The position numbers and the translations under genes were made by a program. A stretch of 64,000 nt of DNA from Octopus bimaculoides (Eukaryota), in the NCBI RefSeq assembly GCF_001194135.2, contig NC_069000.1, forward strand, positions 20,510,710 through 20,574,709. Direction: 5' to 3'. Below the pieces are notes generated by a model. That model worked only from the letters and a program-made list of their open reading frames with translations. It was not told where the DNA came from and made no database searches. This document shows positions 1-13,467 of this stretch, piece by piece (the first letter of the stretch is position 1; every line of letters starts with the position of its first letter).

Positions 1-131
1 CTACCTATCTATCTATCTATCTATCTATCTCTCTATCTATCTATCTATCTATCCGTCTGTCTATCTTTCTATCAATCTATCACTTTCTATAAATGTATAT
101 ATGAGTGTATTCCTTTATGTATATGAGTGTG

Positions 132-175
<44 letters not shown>

Positions 176-1180
176 TGTGTGTGTACGTTTGTGTGTGCGT
201 GTGTGTGTGCGTGGTGTGCGTGGTGTGCATGTGTGCGTGTGTGGCTTGTAGTTTCCGTTCAACATTACTACCTATATCTCTTTGTTTTCTGAGACACTTC
301 CATTTTCTTTTTCCAACAACTGCTCGCTATTATGTCATTCTACAACTACCCCCTCTGCTGTCGTCTGCCTCTCTGATTATCTAATCGTGTGTCTGCTTGC
401 CAATGCCTTACTCTTCTGTCCTTCTATACATTATTCCTTGATTTAAGAGTGACATAACTGCTTGTCATTATTATTCAGGCTCTAGGCGTTTCCTCTATAT
501 TCAGTGTTGGCCGGTCACTGTGGCAGACATGACGTCATGCTACCCGATAGAATAAAACACTTCTTTTACCCTTGTCTTTCCCATGTTTTTTTTCGAAGAT
601 AGTAATAAATAATTACTTTCGGTATTTTTTGTGTATGACTAGTGGACATGATGACTCCATGTCCAGTTGGATGGGCAGCTAAATAGCTGTTGCTTGGCCT
701 CATCCATAACAATAAGCGTCTTTTTCCTCGACATACTTGCATCAATGACAACGTCGTTCAATGCTTCCTTCGGTTTCGTTCCTAAGACAGTAGGGTTAAA
801 ATAACGAGAATTGGCCGTTATTTCTAGCAGGTCGACTGCCTGGTAGCTCGATAGATGGGTCGATGGTAAGATGGGCTTAGCGGGTAGTGAAGAAATTTGG
901 TAAGACTTTGCTGGGAATAAATTTTGACCTGCTATTAAGTCGATGGGTACAGGAGTAGATATTATTTAACATAATTTTATAAATATTAGGATAAACAGAT
1001 ATTAGTAGAAGATATANNNNNNNNNNATATACATATATATGTATATACATATATGTATATATATACATATATATATACTCACACACAGTACATATATACA
1101 TTAGTGTGTATGTGCGTGTGTGTTTATGTATATATATATATATATATATGAGTATATGCATATATACGTACATGTATGTA

Positions 1181-1300
1181 CATACCTACATCTACATGTA
1201 TATATAGATGCATATCTGGGTACATGACGGTGCAAAAAAACGTGGACATAATGATAAACAGAGTACAGAAAACACACAGGCCACATAGAGAGCATATTGA
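1181..1300 (+). mobile_element. Solo arm of the repeat family that forms the foldback element at 31991-32195
   Basis: 1181-1229 CATACCTACATCTACATGTATATATAGATGCATATCTGGGTACATGAC closely matches both inverted arms at 31991 and 32145-32195. It lies ~230 bp upstream of the Penelope remnant. Confidence 0.7.
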
Positions 1301-1454
1301 TAAATATTTAATACAAAGCTTTCTTAATATCCTTTTCAAGTTGCTAAATTAGAATGAAGTAAAGACAATATATGAATGAAGTTAGTTACAATTCAAAAAT
1401 TTAATCCATTTCTTCAAGGACTTATGTTTTCACATATATTTATGTTACAATGGT

Positions 1455-2300
1455 CATTTATCTAGATCTAACCCTAGACCTTTCCAGTTCCCTTCCTAAA
1501 GTACATCCATAGTCATTTTAACTGTCCCAAAAACCTTATACCTCATACAACATATTATGTAACAATTGAACAGTCACCCAGGTTTTTTCCCAGCCTCAGC
1601 TAATGAACAGATTTTTCACACCTTCCAAAATTGCCCGATGCCTTAATGAGAAGTGGTTTAAGGATAAAATTGGTTACGTAACAACATTTAAAACAACAAA
1701 TAAAACAACAAATTAAAATAATTAAAACAACAAATAAAATGGGATGGATGCCTAACCCGGTACTCATCTATGTTCAATACTATAATCGCTACACCATTGG
1801 CTTACATGTTCTTAAACCATAAATATAACTAGATCTTTCATAAAAATATTGTCAAACTTTTGATATTTTGGAACATCTCCAAACTTAGTAAACATAACAA
1901 AACACCACCATGCAACTTCCCTAATACCTGTCCTCTGAAATCTAACTGCATCCCCAAAGATAATGTGCACCATTATTTAGTTACTGTCAATGACAACTTG
2001 AAACATTTCTTCGGTATGACTGCAAAACCATTTAAATGAAGATTTTACACACTCACGTATTCCCTTCAAAAACCAGAGCAGAAGCAAACTTCTTTTGCTC
2101 CCTACATTTGTCATTAGAATATAATTCATGACATCCTAAGTGTACTTTCTGCTGCTAATGTAAATGAAGGTAATAACAAATACCTGTAATCCTTGAACTA
2201 TGGAGGTCTATTATATCCTTTTTGTATCGATCTCATTACGCAAATATCGTGCAAAAAAGAAATTCTGAAATGCAGTTACTGAAAATTTAAGATATATAAA
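1455..2300 (+). mobile_element. Decayed Penelope-like retroelement: RT C-terminus/thumb plus GIY-YIG endonuclease (stops and frameshifts)
   Basis: Hand translation across frames gives, in the expected order, YLDLTLDL, YIHSHFNCP, SANEQIF..DALMRSG(F)KDKIGY, KYNxIFHKNIVKL, CNFPNTCPLKSNCIPKDNVHHYLVTVNDNLKHFFGMTAKPFKxRFY and CNPxTMEVYYILF..KEILKC. These match the Penelope motifs FLDVTLDL, SNHP, ALxxSGY, KIFNxNTVKVSY, CPLxxxC..YIGxTxxxFKxR and CNLCLxEK. Confidence 0.8.
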
Positions 2301-3081
2301 CTTTACAAGGCACATATTTTTGCGACCGTGCATGTATCAAGTACTGTTTTCACGCATTACTCTAATTCTTATTCTTTATATAACATCTTGCACAGTCTTC
2401 ATTCAAATCCTAGCAAATACTTTTCACCTTTACCATTATTAACAGTAAATCCAAGGGTCCTTTTCTTATATTTTGATTTTTATTTCGTAGAAATTTTAAG
2501 GACTACATTCACATTGCATTTTTGCTTTATTTTAACTTCTTGTAGGGGTAGATTTTATCAAATAAAAAATCATTTGCACTCTATATAGGCTGTGTCAAAA
2601 GATTTTTATCAACGTAGTTATGTGTCATATTATGTGTGCTTCTGCGTGTATGGGTGAATGTATGAATGTTTATATGTAATGATTATTAAAATTGTTTTAT
2701 TTCATGTTGTACTCGTTGGATTCAAGTAAACTGTTGTTCGCTGCGAAATAATTAAATAAGTATCATTAACTGCCGGCGAGTTAACCTCCCGTGTCCATTA
2801 CGTTAATGGTGGTTTCATATTTGAGTTACGAGGTTTATGCATGCATGTACGTACGCCTGTATGTTTGTAGTCTAAATGCATGTAAGAGTGTGTACATATG
2901 TGTGTATTTACAAAACAATTTGATCTAGGCCGCATTATTCGAGACAAATCCACATATGCATAACTGCATATATGCAAACACACACGCATATACATATATA
3001 TGTATATTATATAAAATATGTATATGCATCCATATATACGTGAGTTTGTTTGAGTACATACACACACATACACACACACAC

Positions 3082-3343
3082 ACACACATATATATATAGT
3101 CACACACATATACATACATATACTGGGAAATATGTTTATGATATTTATGAATAGTTTATCTTGTATCTATTATGATGAACAGCGTATAGTAGAGTACTGC
3201 ATCAACTGAACATGCGTAGTTTTTGTTGAAAGCTTCAATGTCTTGTAATTCTATTAGCGGTTTAGAACAAGGGGATCCTGGTGATTAATGATGAGATATG
3301 TTATTGAACTATTTATTGTTCATATCGACTTCAGAACGAATTA
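3082..3343 (+). repeat. ~260-bp exact duplicate of 4020-4281 ending at a gap (probable mis-join across a CA repeat)
   Basis: The sequence ...CATATACTGGGAAATATG...CAGAACGAATTA is identical in both places. The upstream flanks differ beyond the CA microsatellite. Confidence 0.85.
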
Positions 3344-3912
3344 NNNNNNNNNNNNNNNNNNNNNNNNNNNNNNNNNNNNNNNNNNNNNNNNNNNNNNNNN
3401 NNNNNNNNNNNNNNNNNNNNNNNNNNNNNNNNNNNNNNNNNNNNNNNNNNNNNNNNNNNNNNNNNNNNNNNNNNNNNNNNNNNNNNNNNNNNNNNNNNNN
3501 NNNNNNNNNNNNNNNNNNNNNNNNNNNNNNNNNNNNNNNNNNNNNNNNNNNNNNNNNNNNNNNNNNNNNNNNNNNNNNNNNNNNNNNNNNNNNNNNNNNN
3601 NNNNNNNNNNNNNNNNNNNNNNNNNNNNNNNNNNNNNNNNNNNNNNNNNNNNNNNNNNNNNNNNNNNNNNNNNNNNNNNNNNNNNNNNNNNNNNNNNNNN
3701 NNNNNNNNNNNNNNNNNATATATATACCGACACTTAAATTGGGTTTGTGTATAAGAGATTTACTTTGCCAGAACAGCTTCTATTACTTTGAGCCACAACA
3801 GATAAAAAAATTGAGTGAGAAACTTCCGGTGATGGAATACCGAGATGACTGGATGGTGACAGTGATATGTATATTCACAATCACATGGCATTAATGTTAA
3901 TATATGTGCTTG

Positions 3913-3951
<39 letters not shown>

Positions 3952-4559
3952 ACACACACGCGCGCACACACATAAACATACACACACAAACATACACACA
4001 CAAACATACACACACACACACACACATATATATATAGTCACACACATATACATACATATACTGGGAAATATGTTTATGATATTTATGAATAGTTTATCTT
4101 GTATCTATTATGATGAACAGCGTATAGTAGAGTACTGCATCAACTGAACATGCGTAGTTTTTGTTGAAAGCTTCAATGTCTTGTAATTCTATTAGCGGTT
4201 TAGAACAAGGGGATCCTGGTGATTAATGATGAGATATGTTATTGAACTATTTATTGTTCATATCGACTTCAGAACGAATTACAAATGAATGAAGTTGATT
4301 GCTTACGTAACGACTGATGTTTCAGCCTGCGTTGAGAGTTTGTGAACAGAGGCAATAAAATCTATGCTGTTCGATGAAACTCAAAAAGGTTTTTAAAAAC
4401 GTCAGTTGCTCTAATTTATAGCATGCTTTCTGTTTTGTAATCCTACTTAGCCATAGCCGAAATATAAGAGAAAATTTAATCAAAACTGTTCAGGAAAGCT
4501 ATATCTAGAAATATGTGAATTCAGTTTTGGAAAATATCTATCGCCATATCAAATTCATC

Positions 4560-5092
4560 ACTTTACGTCATTGAAAACAAGCAGACGATTGTCAGAGTTG
4601 TGCTCTCACAAAGACTGCTGTGTCTGTCTGAGCGACAGTTTTGGATATTTTCTATAAAAGTTTTGTAGTTCATCTCGACTATATTCGTTCAACAATATAT
4701 CAATTATGTCTTTAATCATCAAGCTCAGCTTGTACAACACCGCATCTTAAAGTACAGATTTCGAATTTATTCAATGTTAATATTCTGGAAATATTAAGTT
4801 TAGTATTAGTTGAAAAAAGATAGACACGGTATACCATGTAACCAGAAATTTGATGAATGGACGGTTTTGAAGGTGTATTCAGCCAATATCGTATTGTTTC
4901 CTCTTTTTCTCTTCTTTCTTCTTTTGGAATTTTTACTCTTTGTAATCAAATGTTTTTTCATCATTGGTTTTAAACTCATTAGTGGTGCTTTCTCCAAGAT
5001 TTTGAACAGTAACTCTTACAATATGCGTATTTTGGGAATGAAATATAGTTTCCTTAGACTAGTTAAAACTTGGTTTCCTTCTATAACGATTA

Positions 5093-5148
<56 letters not shown>

Positions 5149-5780
5149 TTACTATTTTATAATTTCTACACTAGCAAGTCTTCTATATAATTGATGAAGA
5201 CAATCACTTGTAAAAACAATGACTGCTCTAATGTTGCAACTTTCTTGACAATTGTCCTTCTAAATTCTCTTTTTAGATTATCCAATTTTCAAGCAACAAT
5301 AGCAAAATATTCCATTGTATTTGGGAATAGAATGGCTTAACATAATCAACTGAAAATGGTATTGTTGTCAAAAGAGAGGGAGAGGTCATCGATTTCAGAA
5401 ACTTTGGTACAAATATTATGGATTAGAGAAGCAGCTGAAGGATTATTAAACAGCAACAGATCTGTCGAATAGTTTCATAAACTTAAGCTTTTCTCAGATC
5501 TCCTTGAAAACTCGGGGCAAGTTGCCAATATTGTATACATGAAAACACTTAAGTTTATTAAGAGTTTGGAATAAAACTAACAAATTTTGTGGCTGTTTGA
5601 TGCCCTCTGAAAAACATTGTCAACCAACTTTAGTAAAATATTTGATTTAATACAATTACTAGACATTTCTATCTACAAAAACACAACATACTTTATCATT
5701 TCAAAAAATCTGTAGATGCTTTATGGGCAAAAGTTTCAATATTCGATATTTTTCAAGAGACGATGAGTGAGCCATTATAA
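4560..5780 (-). mobile_element. Probable decayed hAT (Charlie/SPIN/GTF2IRD2-type) transposase remnant
   Basis: Minus-strand fragments TCPEFSRRSEKSLSL (cf. CPE...ISLS, ~5520), ELQNFYRKYPKL (~4635-4672) and LCES...LFSM (cf. STYxCEqLFS of the hAT dimerisation region) occur in colinear order. Confidence 0.45.
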
Positions 5781-8700
5781 CTTCGATACACTTTGTATCA
5801 GGTGATCCAAGACAATCTAAAACGTTCAGAATGACTTCAACTTGGTCAAACACTTAGTCCAGTTCCTCATTGAAGCTCTTGAAGTATTTAGTGTTGGTAT
5901 TTTATTTTAAATTTTTGTTAATGCTTCAAACAATTTCCCTCTTCAGTATACATTTTCCAGGGGTATTTTTTTTTTGCATCAGTTACAACATGTGTAAGAC
6001 TACATATTTTATTCATTAGTTTTTCCCATTCCATATATATTTCCGTTTATTTAGCTTCTACTTTTCCCCATTTAGTGTTGTCTTTGTTTTTCTTATTACA
6101 TTATTTCACTCGAGAACTTTGAAAGCTTCAGTTATGTTGTTTCACTTTTATTAGTGGTTCTTGTTGGGGTCCATAGCCTTTGTAGGTCTCTCTAACTTCT
6201 TCCTAAACTTGTAGGCATGTTGAAAATTTTACGACTGTGTAAAGCTATTAGTTTAACCACAGCGTTTTAGTATTGCTCGTACTTTCTTCCCACAGTTTTA
6301 TTATTTATGTTTATGTAAGTATGTCAGTGTGTGAGTTGGTCTCAGAACAGTTTGGTGGCATTATTTACATACCTTGAATATTAAAACATATTGTAAGTAT
6401 CGCGTGTTTTTACTGTACGTAAATTCATGACATGTTTATTAAAGTTACATTCAATCTTTTATCTTATTAGTGTCAAGTTGTTACTGTTTATATTATCAAT
6501 TATATATATACATGTTCTACTTGTTCTTTTGGATTTTTTTAAAAAATTTATAACAAAGTACATTTAAATATTACTTGGAAAGTAGAAAAACGCACTTGCG
6601 AAAGTGACTTCATGCCTAGCTGACTGATCTCTCTCTTTCTCTCTTTCTCTCTTTCTCTCTTTCTCTCTCTATCTCTGTCTGTCTCCTCTATCTCTATCTC
6701 TCTTTCCCTCTCTCACACACTTTATCTCGCCTCCACTCTTTCCCTCTCTCTCTCTCACACATATCACACGTGTACATATTCTCAGACATGCATTATTACA
6801 AATGCAGCTATTTTTACACGTTTAGCCGCGCCATTGAAATTGTTTATTCCGATATAGAACAGCTATATCACAAATTCACGGCTGGTTCTTGCAATGATAC
6901 AACAAAAATGCATCTCAGTAAAGTTACCTAGCACTAAAGGTGATCTGCTAAAAAGGTAAAAATAATAAATAGGATAACCATAGTGTTTTTTGCAGAGGAA
7001 TGGTAACTGCCTCCTCTATTATTATTATCATCATTATCGTTTTTTGTTTTGAATTTCTTAGACTATGAACGTGATTTCTGACCAGTCTGAGAGAGAAAAG
7101 AACCATAAAAACAGAAAATTTAAAAAGACAAAACAATTAGGATGAATTTTTCTCTTGATTGGTAAAGTTATATTATTCAAATATGTAATCGCATATTTCT
7201 GTCTTTTTAGAGATTTATCATTGGGATCGTTATGCATCAATCAGATATGCTAAATATTATACCTGATGCTTCATTGATGTCTAAAACTTTCGCACCTGTA
7301 TTGAGAGGATGTCATTTTAACTGGATTTATATTTTGATATTTTGTCATCTGCAATCCAGTTATAACAATAATAAGTATAATAGAAATTGTACGAGTTGTA
7401 CATAGTGTATAAGAGATATACCAAACGATAAATTCGGTTACAGGTACAGAATTCAAAATTACAAGTCCATTTCCCTCGTAATTTCAAAAGTCATTTATTA
7501 ATCAGGAACACCAAAAATCGTTTTCCACTCAGATCTTTGCGAATGAGGTGGATTGGAGAATGAATTAGAGCAACAGGATGTACTCATTGTTTCAGTGAAG
7601 CGTCATTGGCCTATATTTCACATCAGCTAAGGTCACGTGCTACTCTCTGGAACAGGAGGAAAAATTATATTTCGATAAGTATTTTCAAAAAATATTCTGA
7701 ATATGATCCGGTTACAAATGTATGAACTTTTGTTTAGAACTGAACGGAACTGATGAATAAAGAGACGGCCGATGGTAAAAAGCAATATTCTCCATTCATT
7801 TTCTCCCATGAAACTTGTGTTTCTGTGTCGTTCTCCTTACACTTAGGCTGAATACCTTGTTGCTCTAACTGATCCGGACTTCCTTGTCTTTGCTGAATAA
7901 ATTAAGGAATCATTCAACTCACGACTACTGTCATATATTAAATACTAGAGTATTAACCGTCATTTGACAGATAAATTTGAGAGTATTCTTTTATCACTGG
8001 AATCGCCGCCAGTTAATGCTAAATAGATACAATTGTCAATTTTAAAATTATCCAAACTTCATGGTACTTGTACAAAATAATGAAAGGAAAACTAATTTTA
8101 GAATAGAAATATTCATCAAACGAAAATTAAATAAAAGAAAATTTTCATTCATCTATCAGCAATAACTACATGTTATAAATAACAATAATACTTATTTAAC
8201 TACCATTTAACATTACCTGATATGACTAAAAATAGCAAACGAGTATTACCAAAAGTACCCGTCATCTGGCTGGTAACACCATAGTTAGTATGTAACCAAT
8301 TGAAATAAACCGAATATTATCAGAGTTATCTCCCTTTTGGGGACGGACAAACAGAGATAAAAATATTCTGGCAATTATATTGATAGAATTGTTTCAATAG
8401 AGATGTATTTTTACTCGCTGGTTCTGGAGGAAGGAGTTGTATGCGTAGCCTTTGCAGCTCCTCCTAGAGCCTTTGTAAGTCAACACCGGCGGGGATCATA
8501 TCAGCAGGTAAGGGATTCTCGAGACCTTATGTCCTAGAAAGGAATAACTGGGTGTAGAGATTACTGCAGGTCCTGGGAGGCTGCGTACAAGGGTGATGTG
8601 GGTAGGCCAGACAGGTGGGACGAAAGTGATTTAGTCGGGGTAGGTAGCTCCTTAGGAGCAAAGGCCATTCACTGTAGAGACAATAAAAAAAGACTGAGGA

Positions 8701-9284
8701 AGGAATAAATATGTCGGTGGGGCAGAAGCTGCAGTGTATCCCTGCGTAACACTATGACATTCAACAGGGTCTAGAGTATTTATGTGGGTAGCAGTAACAC
8801 TGTCCCGATGTCAGAGCAACTACTACGTTGTAGGCTTCATTTAAACTTTATAGAGTATCAATAATTGTTCGTGGCGTAAGTACCTGCTGGATGTAAAGGA
8901 AAAGGCCAGTCTTTAAGGTGTCAGTCTTCTAGATATGTTAAAGATGTGCTTTCCTTATGCTAAGGATGGATCCTTATTTCAAGTGAAGCACAACTGGAGG
9001 GGTTTTAAGGGCTGCAGCTGTGTGCTGCATATGATGAAGGGCAGTGGTGTGGTTAGGGTTTCTCGATATGAACATCGTTTGCATTTCTTCACTAATGAAA
9101 GACAAAAGCTTGGGATAACCTCACAGATATAGAGGAATTTTATGTATAACTGCATTAACAACACAATATACATACAAGCATACACAAACATACACATTCA
9201 TATATATATGTATATATGAATGTATGAATGTATGCATGTATGCATGTGTGTATGCATGTATGTATGTATAGACTCTGTCATACC

Positions 9285-9324
9285 GGCCATGACGAAGGGA
9301 AATAGCCCTGAAACTCGAGTCGCC
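9285..9324 (+). ncRNA. Minimal type-I hammerhead-like motif with a 1-nt insertion in the core
   Basis: GGC-C(A)TGACGA-AGGG-aaatag-CCCT-GAAA-C-TCGA-G-TC-GCC: 3-bp helix I, 4-bp helix II, palindromic helix III, GUC site. Confidence 0.55.
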
Positions 9325-9494
9325 TTTATATACTTATATTTATATATTTATATATTTGATCCTTTATATTGAACACTCAATATTTCATCTACATTCAATA
9401 CTTTCTTTCATGGTGCCATCCATTTTTATTTTATTTTATTTTATATTATATATTGTATATTATATTATATATTGTATATTGTATNNNNNNNNNN

Positions 9495-9620
9495 TATCAG
9501 GGAGTGAATAATTATTACAATTAAAAGGGTAAAGGATTATCAATTTATTAATTTATTAATAAATTAATAAATTGATAATCCTTTACCCTTTTAATTGTAA
9601 TAATTATTCACTCCCTGATA
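9495..9620. repeat. Perfect 126-bp spacerless palindrome next to a 10-N gap
   Basis: TATCAGGGAG...ATTTATT|AATAAAT...CTCCCTGATA, centre 9557/9558. Part of the arm recurs as a direct repeat at ~10091-10150. Confidence 0.9.
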
Positions 9621-9794
9621 TTAAACCGCAGATTTTCTGCGGTATTGCTTGTGACGCACATGGTAATTCTTGAGGAGGGATGATGAGCTGGCTGGCCTAT
9701 GCAGGTTCGGAGATGTTTTCAAACTGTGCCGATGAATGATGTCGCTCGGTCATACATGCACAATTGCTAGCATCGTCGAATTTGCAACTGGAAT

Positions 9795-9852
9795 ATCATA
9801 CTGATGAGGTAATGAAGGATTTGCACTTCTAAACCAGAAACGCGTATATGAT
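9795..9852 (+). ncRNA. Type-I minimal hammerhead ribozyme with intact core
   Basis: ATCATA-CTGATGA-GGT aat GAAG gatttgca CTTC taa ACC a-GAAA-CGCG-TA-TATGAT: perfect 6-bp helix I, canonical CUGAUGA and GAAA, palindromic ACGCGT helix III, predicted cleavage after A9846. Confidence 0.75.
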
Positions 9853-10149
9853 TAACTACGACTAGTTTGGTTCGTTTATTCTTTTCTTCTTGTTTTGCCT
9901 TTATGAGTTACAAGTAATGCTATCTGTTAAAGTGTCAGCACTTTAGCTGCTATTTCTGAACTTCGGTATGTGGTGAAGCAACTGTTGCTGACCCCTTAAT
10001 TATGTTTATAAATGTATAAGAACTTTTAAATAAGTTCTTCACAGATAATGGTGTTTTCATACCGAAGGGCTTAGTAAAAATTATTAATTATTAATTTATT
10101 AATAAATTAATAAATTGATAATCCTTTACCCTTTTAATTGTAATAATTA

Positions 10150-10161
10150 TATATATATAGG

Positions 10162-10199
<38 letters not shown>

Positions 10200-10258
10200 C
10201 ATACATACATACATACATACATACATACATACATACATACATACATAGACAGACAAAT

Positions 10259-10296
<38 letters not shown>

Positions 10297-10335
10297 GGAT
10301 AGAAAGATAGATAGGTAAATAGATAGATGGATACT
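10150..10335. repeat. Compound (TAGA)n/(TACA)n microsatellite abutting the 3' end of the RTE fragment
   Basis: Direct reading. Confidence 0.9.
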
Positions 10336-10339
10336 ACTG

Positions 10340-10934
10340 TCTAATATCCCATCCTATGATGAGTGGCAACGTTCACACTACACACCATCGAAACAATCTT
10401 GCACATTTACCTCCCACCACGATTCCGACGATTTCGCACGGTGATCTCTGTAGAGAGCTAAATCTCAAAATCTAGGCTACCTTTTAAGGTACCCAAAATA
10501 TCTGAACCCTTAGATCAGTTTGCACAAAGGTCAAGTAAAACTTAGCTTGGAATGTTACACCGATTTATTTAGATATTTATACAGTTTGTCTTTGTACCTG
10601 AGCCATGACTGTCCAACATTTCTGTGTCCATTACCAAGCTGAATATACATAAGGACTCTAGATATTCTTTTGTCATACATTCTGATGACATGGCCAACCC
10701 AGCCTAGTTATGACTGCATGACAAAGGTCTCCATACTTCCAATTATAAACTTAGTGAAGAGATCGGCGTTTCATATTTTGTTCCCATGAGTGTAATCACA
10801 GATTGCCCAAAGACAGCTTTTGTGAAAGACGTCTCGTCGGTTGATGTGCGACCTGAATGGAGTCCAAGATATTGATCCATACAGGAGTGTGGCCTGTGAG
10901 ACAGCCTTGTAGACTTCTGTCGTGGTGTCTAGTT

Positions 10935-11032
<98 letters not shown>

Positions 11033-11210
11033 AGAAACAATGACAGTGTTTGCCAAATGCAGTCGAAGGTTTGCATATGTTATCTCGATATCGAGAGATC
11101 CATTTGAGTCCATCTTACTGCCAAGAGATATGAGTGATTTCACATACTGGAGATTCTTTTTTCCATTGACCTTGATAGGGGTGCCTAGGAACGTGTGGTT
11201 TCTGTTTGAC
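10340..11210 (-). mobile_element. 5'-truncated RTE-clade LINE (RT C-terminal region), decayed and interrupted by (AG)n
   Basis: PIKVNGKKNLQYVKSLISLGSKMDSNGSLDIEI ... IKLDTTTEVYKAVSQATLLYGSISWTPFRSHINRRDVFHKSCLWAI ... LGWVGHVIRMYDKRISRVLMYIQLGNGHRNVGQSWLRYKDKL match the RTE/BovB-type motifs YLGS, TLLYGxExW, LRWAGHVxRM and RYKD. Confidence 0.85.
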
Positions 11211-11216
11211 ACCTTA

Positions 11217-11249
<33 letters not shown>

Positions 11250-11276
11250 GCGTGTGTGTGAGAGAGAGAGAGAGCG

Positions 11277-11325
<49 letters not shown>

Positions 11326-11486
11326 GAGAGCGTGTGTGTGTGAGAGAGAGAGCGCGTGTGTGCGTGTGTGTGTGAGTGTGAATATGTGTGTTATATATTA
11401 CAAATATATATATAACATATATAACACATATAACGCGCGCACACACACACACAAACGCACACACATGCACACATATATGCTTTTTA

Positions 11487-11633
11487 CAGTTTCCGTGTAC
11501 CAAATGTACTCACAAGGCTTTGGTCGGCCTGTGGTTATGGAAGAATACACTTGCCCAAAGTGCCGTGAAGTGGGACTGAACTTGCCACCATGTGGTTGGA
11601 AAACAAACCTCTTACCACACAGCCACGCCTGCA
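11487..11633 (-). mobile_element. tRNA-derived SINE family A, 5' head/core only
   Basis: Reverse complement GGCGTGGCTGTGTGGTAAG (A box)...AGTTCAGTCCCA (B box)...GGCACTTTGGGCAAGTG...CCAAAGCCTTGTGAG is homologous to the copies at 21008 and 22376. Confidence 0.85.
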
Positions 11634-11809
11634 CCTACAACTAATATATATTGTTAATATAAAATCTGAACAAAATGCATATAGTAAGAATTATCTTTCA
11701 ACCCATTCCGATCCATTAATCTACAACTGAAAGAAATCAGTAACTCTTCTAGTCACAGTAAGTCCCTCAAATCCATCGCACCAGTCATGATGGACATTTG
11801 GTGACAATG

Positions 11810-11887
<78 letters not shown>

Positions 11888-12489
11888 AATATCTATCTGT
11901 AGATATGTGGATGTGCACACACACATACTTAGATGCAGGCTTGTATATAAGTATAATTGTTCATGTGTGGGGGGGGGGCGTGAATGGGTGGATATATATA
12001 TATATATAACGTATTTAAGTACATGCAGGCAGGTCAAAAAAGTTGAACATGGAAGAGAGAGAGAGAGACAGGCAGACAGATAGACAGGCAGACAGATAGA
12101 CTGAGACAGGGAGAGAGACAGACAGAGACAAAGAGAGTTTCTTATAATCATGACAGCTGGGACCTGGCATCTAGTTATTCGAATTTCATACTCCCAATCA
12201 CCAGACTGGATGTGTGAAGTTTGATTTCCAACAACGTGACAGTCGAATAATTAAATGTGAGAGACCAAACTGTCTTTCATTGTCTCTCTATTTATCTCCC
12301 TTTCACTCTTACATACATAGAAATATAGTGATATATATGCACATAGACATACATGTGTATATTTACATATACATATACATGCATACAAATATAGATAAGA
12401 TGGACTGGGAGATATACATATAAATGTATAGATGGATACATGTAGATATATATGCATGGACGTCTGCTCCCCATGTTTTTTTTATATAT

Positions 12490-13325
<836 letters not shown>

Positions 13326-13418
13326 TATATACATATATATATACATATATATACATATATATATACATATATATATATACATATATATTTGTAGAGAAAG
13401 AGAAAGAGACAGACAGAC

Positions 13419-13467
<49 letters not shown>

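Noticed and set aside
7440-7660. Possible mariner remnant on the minus strand (PPHS.DL / DFW-like)
   Set aside because: The similarity needs several frameshifts and is too weak to call.
8400-9130. GC-richer patch with FLGHKVS and vague Ty3/gypsy integrase-like wording on the minus strand
   Set aside because: The motifs are not colinear with a gypsy pol and are stop-ridden. It is probably an old TE, but the class is unsupported.
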